A stretch of 25,058 nucleotides of DNA from an uncultured Lachnospiraceae bacterium (GTDB lineage: Bacteria; Bacillota; Clostridia; Lachnospirales; Lachnospiraceae). Numbering within the stretch: position 1 is the stretch's first letter; each line of letters opens with the position of its first letter. The notes below the pieces were generated by a model. It saw nothing but the letters and a program-made list of their open reading frames with translations, had not been told where the DNA came from and made no database searches. Made by a program: the position numbers and the translations under genes. This document shows, in pieces, positions 17,058 through 22,717 of the stretch. The stretch lies in the NCBI GenBank assembly GCA_964390095.1, contig CAYMGZ010000004.1, positions 1 through 25,058 on the forward strand, in the 5' to 3' direction.

Positions 17058-17422
17058 TGCCCCGCAGCAAAATTTAAAGTGTCCGTAAAACTCTTCCCGC
17101 AGTGCGGGCACTGCACCTGTATCACCGGGTCCTCGACATGGTTGATGGTCTCATACATATTCTGCAGGAACTGAAAATCCGCCGTAAACAGCCCCCCGAC
17201 CACCTCCGGCGTAACGGCATCAAGCCCCTCCAGCTCCTCCACCACGCGCGAGAGCAGCAGCACCGAAAGATAATCCGGGTTCGCCTTCACCCGCACATCC
17301 CGCATCGCCTCAATTTCGTCGAGCGCCGTCGCCAGGCGCATGCGCCCCTGCCGGTGAAGATTTTTTTGTGCGTCAACGTAGCCCTTTGGGAGCGTAAACT
17401 CATATTCTGTCTGAAATAACAT
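17054..17422 (-). CDS. Tail assembly chaperone (G-like; Mu gp41-type family found in CIS loci)
   Basis: FQTEYEFTLPKGYVD...LHRQGRMRLATALDEI...NPDYLSVLLLSRVV...LFTADFQFLQNMYETIN...CPHC, directly downstream of the tube gene. Confidence 0.78.
   Translation of the reverse strand: MLFQTEYEFTLPKGYVDAQKNLHRQGRMRLATALDEIEAMRDVRVKANPDYLSVLLLSRVVEELEGLDAVTPEVVGGLFTADFQFLQNMYETINHVEDPVIQVQCPHCGKSFTDTLNFAAGQ
17069..17078 (-). other. Candidate programmed -1 frameshift site (TTTAAATTTT)
   Basis: 0-frame codons act-tta-aat-ttt give in-register T TTA AAT and A AAT TTT. The -1 frame is the open DUF6760-like frame. Confidence 0.55.
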
Positions 17423-17445
17423 TGTTACCTCGCTTTCACGGCGCG

Positions 17446-17877
17446 CTATTTATCGCGTGTCACGCCCTCATGCGCAAGTTCCAGCGTTTCCACCGCAACT
17501 TCATTGCTGGTCGCGTTAAAATCCGGTGCCGTATATTTGGTCGGCCAAGCGGAGATCACCGTCCATTTTGCAATCTCCGCCTGTTTGTCGTCATGCAGGC
17601 TGATCACCACGGTCTTGCGGTTGATCGTCCCCTGCTCCACTTCCTTCATCCAATTATACAATTCCATGGAGCCCGTCATGCCCCATTTCAGTGTGATATT
17701 CCCGTATTTTATAAGCCCCGGCTGCTTTGCGACCGTATTCACCGCAAAATTGCCCTCCCGGTACTCAATCGGGTCCGAAGAAATATCCGGCGCGCTGACC
17801 TCGGAAAATCCCCCCACCGCCTTGCCGTCAATCGTAACATCATAATTATATTTTTTAAATGGATATACCATTGCCAT
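17446..17877 (-). CDS. Major tail tube protein (T4 gp19-like; Afp1-type)
   Basis: YPFKKYNYDVTIDG...GGFSEVS...IEYREGN...KQPGLIKYGNITLKWGM...ELYNW...RKTVVISLHD...AKWTVISAWPTKY...NATSNEVAVETLELAHEG. Confidence 0.93.
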   Translation of the reverse strand: MAMVYPFKKYNYDVTIDGKAVGGFSEVSAPDISSDPIEYREGNFAVNTVAKQPGLIKYGNITLKWGMTGSMELYNWMKEVEQGTINRKTVVISLHDDKQAEIAKWTVISAWPTKYTAPDFNATSNEVAVETLELAHEGVTRDK

Positions 17878-17904
17878 CGTTTGCTGCCCCCTTCCGCAAT
17901 GCCG

Positions 17905-19782
17905 TTACTGCGCGCTTTCCATTTTCTGTGTGATGCGGAAGATCACAAATTCCGCAGGCCTTACCGGTGCCACACCGATGACGCAGATGAGCCGCCCGTT
18001 CAAAATATCGTCCTCCGTCATCGTGCTCTTTCCGATATTGATAAAGAACGCCTCATCCGCCGTTCCCCCGGCAAACGCCCCGTTCCTCCACTGGGTTGTC
18101 AAAAATACGCGGATCGTGCCTTCCACCCTCGACCACAGCATCTCGTCATTCGGCTCAAATACTGCCCAGTTTGTATTTGCGCGGATGGACTCCTCGATAA
18201 AGATAAAAAGCCGCCTCACATTGACGTATTTCCAGTTCCCGTCGCTCGAACAAGTCCTTGCACCCCATACCCGGATGCCCTGCCCCGGAATCTTTCGGAT
18301 CAGATTAATCCCTTTCGGGTTTAACTTTGCCTGTTCCGCTTCGTTGTAGCTCACGGAAAGCCCCGTGCAGTTCCTCACGACCTCGTTGGCAGGAGCCTTA
18401 TGTACTCCCCTCGTATTGTCCGTGCGCGCATATATGCCGGCGACCGAACCGGACGGCGGCAGGAATACATTGCGGTTTACAAGCGGGTCATAGCATTGCA
18501 GCCAAGGGTGGTACATCGCCGCGTAACTCGAGTCGATCCCCTCCCGAAACTCCTGTAAATCCGCCACTTCCCTGTGCAAAAACGGCATATCAAGGATGGC
18601 AAAGCGGTTTTTTAATTCCTCGCAATGCCCGACTAGCGCACTCTGCACGGCCGGGTCCGTAATCCCCGGAACCGCCATCAGGCTTACATCGGAAATGGTC
18701 TTAAATGCCATCAGCCCGGTTCTTGCGTCCGGCGCGCCGTCCTGCCCGATATAAAGTGATGCCGCAAACTTGATTTTACCGTCACTTCCCCCTGAAAAAG
18801 CCACGGTAAGCGCCGGATCCTCCGCCCCGTCAAACAGCGTTTTTAAACTCTCTTCGCCAAGCTGCTCCGTGTTCACGGCAGCCGTGACGAGCTGTGATTT
18901 TTTCATTGCGTGTTCCATAAAATTATTGCGTTCCGGATGGAGGGACAAATCCTCGTACTGCTCTGACGCAGTCTCATCCTGCACTGACAGATTCCATTCC
19001 ACCAGATATAAAAACACTTTGTCTTCTTTTCCGATGGCCTCCATCTTCCATTTCAGGCTGATCTGGGCTCCCTGTATGTCTGCGATCCGGTTATAGATGG
19101 CAGGCTTATCTTTTTGCGCATACTGGATGCATACGAGATCGCCCGCCAAAAAATCGGAGGTATCAGGAAGCGTCAGTGCCGTTTTCCCATCCTTCTCTTC
19201 CGCTTTTATGACTGCCGTCCGGCATTTCATGAGCGGTATCAATACTGCGGTGAGGGAATTTCCCCATGCGCCTGGGTTTGCTGCCGTGAACGTAAGGAAA
19301 GGCTTTGCCTCCTTTTCCGGTACCGCAAGGCTTCCCACTGCAGAAGCCGCACTTTCCTTTGGCACATTCCCGCTATCCGGAGTTTCCCCGCTGCCATCCT
19401 TCTTCACATCCCCGCTATCCGGGGTTTCCCCACCGCCATCCTTCTTCACATCCCCGCTATCCGGCTTTTCTTTTCCGTCCGCTTTCGCGCCATTTACCTG
19501 TCCGCAGACCCGCATGACATAGCAGGCCGAACCGCCGTTGTTAAAAAACTGCTCCACCGCGTAAGGGAGGAAGCGCATTTCCCCGTAAGTGCGCTCCGGC
19601 AGGTAACCGCCGAACCGCCTTCTGTAATCCGCAATGCTTGTGACCAGCACGGGCATCCCTGATACGGGGCCCTTTCTGGCCATCCCGATAAACCCTGCCG
19701 TGCTCGTCCCCACACCTTCCATTGCCTTGATCCCGGAATCAAATTCCTCCACATACACACCGGGCGATAGATACTCTGCCAT
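17905..19782 (-). CDS. Contractile tail sheath protein
   Basis: MAEYLSPGVYVEE...GVGTSTAGFIG...AVEQFFNNGG; YAAMYHPW, PPSGSVAGIYARTDNTRGVHKAPANE, LNPKGINLIR, GIRVWGART, YVNVRRLF, FEPNDEMLW, IGVAPVRPAEFVIFRI. RBS AAGGAG precedes ATG 19782. Confidence 0.96.
   Translation of the reverse strand: MAEYLSPGVYVEEFDSGIKAMEGVGTSTAGFIGMARKGPVSGMPVLVTSIADYRRRFGGYLPERTYGEMRFLPYAVEQFFNNGGSACYVMRVCGQVNGAKADGKEKPDSGDVKKDGGGETPDSGDVKKDGSGETPDSGNVPKESAASAVGSLAVPEKEAKPFLTFTAANPGAWGNSLTAVLIPLMKCRTAVIKAEEKDGKTALTLPDTSDFLAGDLVCIQYAQKDKPAIYNRIADIQGAQISLKWKMEAIGKEDKVFLYLVEWNLSVQDETASEQYEDLSLHPERNNFMEHAMKKSQLVTAAVNTEQLGEESLKTLFDGAEDPALTVAFSGGSDGKIKFAASLYIGQDGAPDARTGLMAFKTISDVSLMAVPGITDPAVQSALVGHCEELKNRFAILDMPFLHREVADLQEFREGIDSSYAAMYHPWLQCYDPLVNRNVFLPPSGSVAGIYARTDNTRGVHKAPANEVVRNCTGLSVSYNEAEQAKLNPKGINLIRKIPGQGIRVWGARTCSSDGNWKYVNVRRLFIFIEESIRANTNWAVFEPNDEMLWSRVEGTIRVFLTTQWRNGAFAGGTADEAFFINIGKSTMTEDDILNGRLICVIGVAPVRPAEFVIFRITQKMESAQ
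19363..19464. repeat. In-frame 42-bp tandem repeat (~2.4 copies) inside the sheath gene
   Basis: Unit CACAT(C/T)CCCGCTATCCGG...CCATCCTTCTT at 19363, 19405 and 19447 (partial); encodes PDSGDVKKDG(G/S)GET. Confidence 0.92.
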
Positions 19783-19887
19783 ACTGCTCCTTTCTGCCGA
19801 CCCACGCGGCGATAACCTCCGGATGCCCTGCTGCAACAATTTATTGCGGATCTTCGCATCCCACCAGATTTGCAGCCCGTTCCGTTT

Positions 19888-20271
19888 TCACACCAACACA
19901 TTCGGCTTGATTGGTGCCACGGCCTGGATCCTGCCCCCGTACAGGCATTTCAGGCAAGACCCGATATTGACCGCCTCCTTCCCCCCAATCTTCACTTTAC
20001 CGCTCACCCCGCCCCAGTCCTTTACCGTACACGGAATGCAGGGCATCGGGGTGAGAACACCCAATGCCGCGGCGGTTGCCGCAGCCACCATGGGATTTGC
20101 CGGATTGGAACACATCCCGAAAGGCAGGATGTTTACAAACGGGATATGATCCGACTTCACTGCCACCGGAAAGGTGGAAATCACTTTTTTATCCGGCAGC
20201 ACCATGATCGGTGTGGGCAGATTGCCGAAACTGCATTTCAATAATGTTCCCTGGACCACGACCGGCTTCAT
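19888..20271 (-). CDS. DUF4280 PAAR-like spike tip protein
   Basis: VVVQGTLLKCSFG...DHIPFVNILPFGMCSNPANPMVAAATAAALGVLTPMPCIP...W...LKCLYGGRI. Real start at ATG 20271; the track's N-terminal extension overlaps DUF4255. Confidence 0.9.
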   Translation of the reverse strand: MKPVVVQGTLLKCSFGNLPTPIMVLPDKKVISTFPVAVKSDHIPFVNILPFGMCSNPANPMVAAATAAALGVLTPMPCIPCTVKDWGGVSGKVKIGGKEAVNIGSCLKCLYGGRIQAVAPIKPNVLV

Positions 20272-20351
20272 GCCATGCCCCCCTTTCCCGATGCCAAAAC
20301 CCCGCTTTGGCACTGCTTCCTGCAATATTCCTGCAACTTGGCCTCTTCCCG

Positions 20352-20918
20352 CTACTGCTTTCTTTCCGTGCGGTAATCCCTCTCCTTTACCGCGTGCACG
20401 TTCCTGCGCCTGCCGGAGGAAAGCAATACCGGAACGGCCCGTATGTACACGGCCGGCTGGAGCGGCTGGCCAAAACTCCCCCACAGCCGGATCTTAAAAT
20501 CCATGCTCTCACGCAAAAAGGAAAGTTCCGCTTCCTCCCCCTCCCCCCACGAAAGCACCGGGTTGTCATACACCGCGCGGATGATTTCATTGAGCGCGGC
20601 GTGCAGCTGCTCCCTCTGTAATCCCCCAAAGCGGTGCTTTTCGTTGCAGAATACCAGATAGGAAAGCTCCACCGCCTTTGGCGGGAAACGTTGCTCCCCC
20701 TCGTGAACCAGCGCCCCCGATGTCTTATATATGGAATAATCCTGTATATCATACAGATAGATCCCGACGCGGTAATCTTCTTCATCCCAGGGTGCCGCCA
20801 AGGAAATGGTTTCCCTATCCCGCACAATATCCGGGCAGAGGCTGTCCTGTAAAAACGAAAGCAGGCATTCCCCGACCTGCGGGATTTCACTGTCTATATG
20901 CTCTTTACTGCGGTCCAT
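20352..20918 (-). CDS. DUF4255 / Pvc16-like tube-terminator (cap) protein
   Basis: LLSFLQDSL...ISLAAPW...RVGIYLYDIQD...PPKAVELSYLV...LNEIIRAVYDNPVL...LWGSFGQPLQPAVY...PVLL. Confidence 0.85.
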   Translation of the reverse strand: MDRSKEHIDSEIPQVGECLLSFLQDSLCPDIVRDRETISLAAPWDEEDYRVGIYLYDIQDYSIYKTSGALVHEGEQRFPPKAVELSYLVFCNEKHRFGGLQREQLHAALNEIIRAVYDNPVLSWGEGEEAELSFLRESMDFKIRLWGSFGQPLQPAVYIRAVPVLLSSGRRRNVHAVKERDYRTERKQ

Positions 20919-22513
20919 GATATGGCAACCTCTGTGATCCGGTTTCTCCTGCGCCCCTTCGTGAGCGTCAGGGCAATCTGGAAGCTTCCCTCCGCCACAT
21001 TCTGGCGCAGCGCCTGTTTTTCAATTTCCCAGCCGCCTTTTTGTTCCGGGAAAAGCCCCTCATCCCCCTGGACCACAAGGAAAGATTTCTTATCGCGCTC
21101 CCAGTAAATATGCCCTCCTGCCTCGCGCAGCCTGCCGCAGTACAGCATTACCTCCTTCCCGGCAAAACCGTGGGAAATTTCCTCCGAGAGCAACACCTGC
21201 CCTTTGCGGTAATGCTTCGGAACCGGGATGACGGTGACACCACGGTGGATATGCTGTTCCCACTCTTCCTGAAAGAGCGGGGAAAATGTTTCCGGTAGGT
21301 ATGGGGATGGCGCGGGCACCGGACTCGGTGGCAGGGGGATTGGTTCTGGCTGCGGCAAGATTGGCTGCGGCGGGGTAAACGGCTGCGGAAGCGGCGTGAG
21401 GTTCTTTAAGAGACTCCGCCACCGGATATCCACGATCCCATTTTCCTGCGCAGCCTGCCGCAGCATTTCCTCCTCTTTCCACCGATGTGTGTAAAAGCGC
21501 ACGGTATCGTCCGGTACAAGCACAACATGCGGTTTTTCCCCCGGCGGGAGCGTCATCCTAAAACACGCAAGGGGCAGCCATGCCGCCTCCAGGCAATCCG
21601 CTTCGGGGCAGGTGGCGTGATCCCGCAAATATTTTTCTGCCGCAAGCCGGTAGGATGCCGCCGTCTCAACCGTCACCTGAACCGCCGCAACCTTCACGGC
21701 GGCAGCTCCCTCCCGCAAAAATTCCAGCCGGCTCAGCTCGAAAATCACCGGCAGGTTCCGGTCCTCCCCGGTGCAGATATCCCACTCTTCTTCCACCATC
21801 CCGGAAAAAACAGTCGGGTTTTTCTCCAAAATCCGGCGGTCGCCGCCCGACGCGGCAAAAAATGCCCCGGTAAGCTTCGCCTCGCCGCGCCAGGAAATCT
21901 CCACCTCCCTGCCGCACAATGCCACCGCCTGCAGGCGGACCCGGAAAATACTGTCCGCCGGGACGAGCCTTGGCATTTTAAGTAAAAGCCGTATCTCCCC
22001 GTCCTCGTACAGCACACGCTCCACGGTCAGGTCCTCCTCGCCCCTGCCCGCCCGTGCCTTCATCTCCCGCCACGCGCGCAGCGGATACGCCCCGAACGAA
22101 ACGCCCTCCGCAATCCTTGCTGTCTGATACGTCTCCTCCCCCTCAAAAATACTGCGCTCCTTGTCAAGCGCACATTCCGCATAGCGTATCCCAAGCACGA
22201 AAGTGTTTCCGTCTTCCGCCCGCAGACCGTCAAGCAAGGTAAAGTCGATTTTTGTATCCTGTGTCAGCAAAAGAAACCTGCCGTCCGCATCTAAGGCGCT
22301 TCCCTTTGTAACATACCAGTCCCCCGACGGATCCATCCGCACAGAAAGTCCGTCCACAATGCCGCTGCCGTGGAATTTTTGGTTGGCAAACGCCAGCTTT
22401 TTGCTCCCGTACTCCTGTTCCCTCACAAAATCACTCGCGTGAAGGAGCTTCCCGGGATAATAATGATTTTTGATAAAAGGTGTCCCTTTTGCCTTTTTCC
22501 TGTTTGCTTCCAT
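20894..22513 (-). CDS. CIS-associated protein (539 aa) with conserved N-terminal NxYxxGKLL...DFxxEQxY domain and Pro-rich linker; putative fibre/adaptor
   Basis: PFIKNHYYPGKLLHASDFVREQEYGSKK...HGSGIVDGLSV...GSALDADGRFLLL resembles N-termini recurrent in eCIS loci. Strong RBS GGGGAGGG. Function is inferred. Confidence 0.62.
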   Translation of the reverse strand: MEANRKKAKGTPFIKNHYYPGKLLHASDFVREQEYGSKKLAFANQKFHGSGIVDGLSVRMDPSGDWYVTKGSALDADGRFLLLTQDTKIDFTLLDGLRAEDGNTFVLGIRYAECALDKERSIFEGEETYQTARIAEGVSFGAYPLRAWREMKARAGRGEEDLTVERVLYEDGEIRLLLKMPRLVPADSIFRVRLQAVALCGREVEISWRGEAKLTGAFFAASGGDRRILEKNPTVFSGMVEEEWDICTGEDRNLPVIFELSRLEFLREGAAAVKVAAVQVTVETAASYRLAAEKYLRDHATCPEADCLEAAWLPLACFRMTLPPGEKPHVVLVPDDTVRFYTHRWKEEEMLRQAAQENGIVDIRWRSLLKNLTPLPQPFTPPQPILPQPEPIPLPPSPVPAPSPYLPETFSPLFQEEWEQHIHRGVTVIPVPKHYRKGQVLLSEEISHGFAGKEVMLYCGRLREAGGHIYWERDKKSFLVVQGDEGLFPEQKGGWEIEKQALRQNVAEGSFQIALTLTKGRRRNRITEVAISWTAVKSI

Positions 22514-22658
22514 GTGCCCTCCCCGATCGGACGATGCGCCAAGCCGTACAGTTCACAATAGTCATAAAGACAAAACTGTGGCTTCCGTGTCGAAACCTGT
22601 TCTTTTGAATATTGTACTATAAAAATTTATATTTTTTCATTTTTACCATTAAAGTGTA

Positions 22659-22700
22659 GAAAAAAAGTAGGGCTTTGTAAAATCACAACAAGCCCTACTT
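22659..22700 (-). terminator. Intrinsic terminator after the DUF4157 effector gene
   Basis: Minus strand AAGTAGGGCTT (22700-22690) / AAGCCCTACTT (22675-22665) perfect 11-bp stem, running into a T-tract and starting 17 bp after the stop codon. Confidence 0.8.
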
Positions 22701-22717
22701 CCGTATTTCTTGATCTG

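Noticed and set aside
5991-22513. Type VI secretion system
   Set aside because: The sheath is a single phage-type protein (not TssB/TssC), the tubes are gp19-like (not Hcp), and no TssJLM, TssA, TssK or ClpV is present.
22589-22596. GT-TTCG-AC as a LoaP-type UNCG hairpin in the CIS leader
   Set aside because: Only 2 bp close the loop, so it is unstable and likely chance.
22618-22650. Tiny ORF MVKMKKYKFL after the terminator as an immunity or leader peptide
   Set aside because: Ten codons, no RBS, and located in the AT-rich promoter region.
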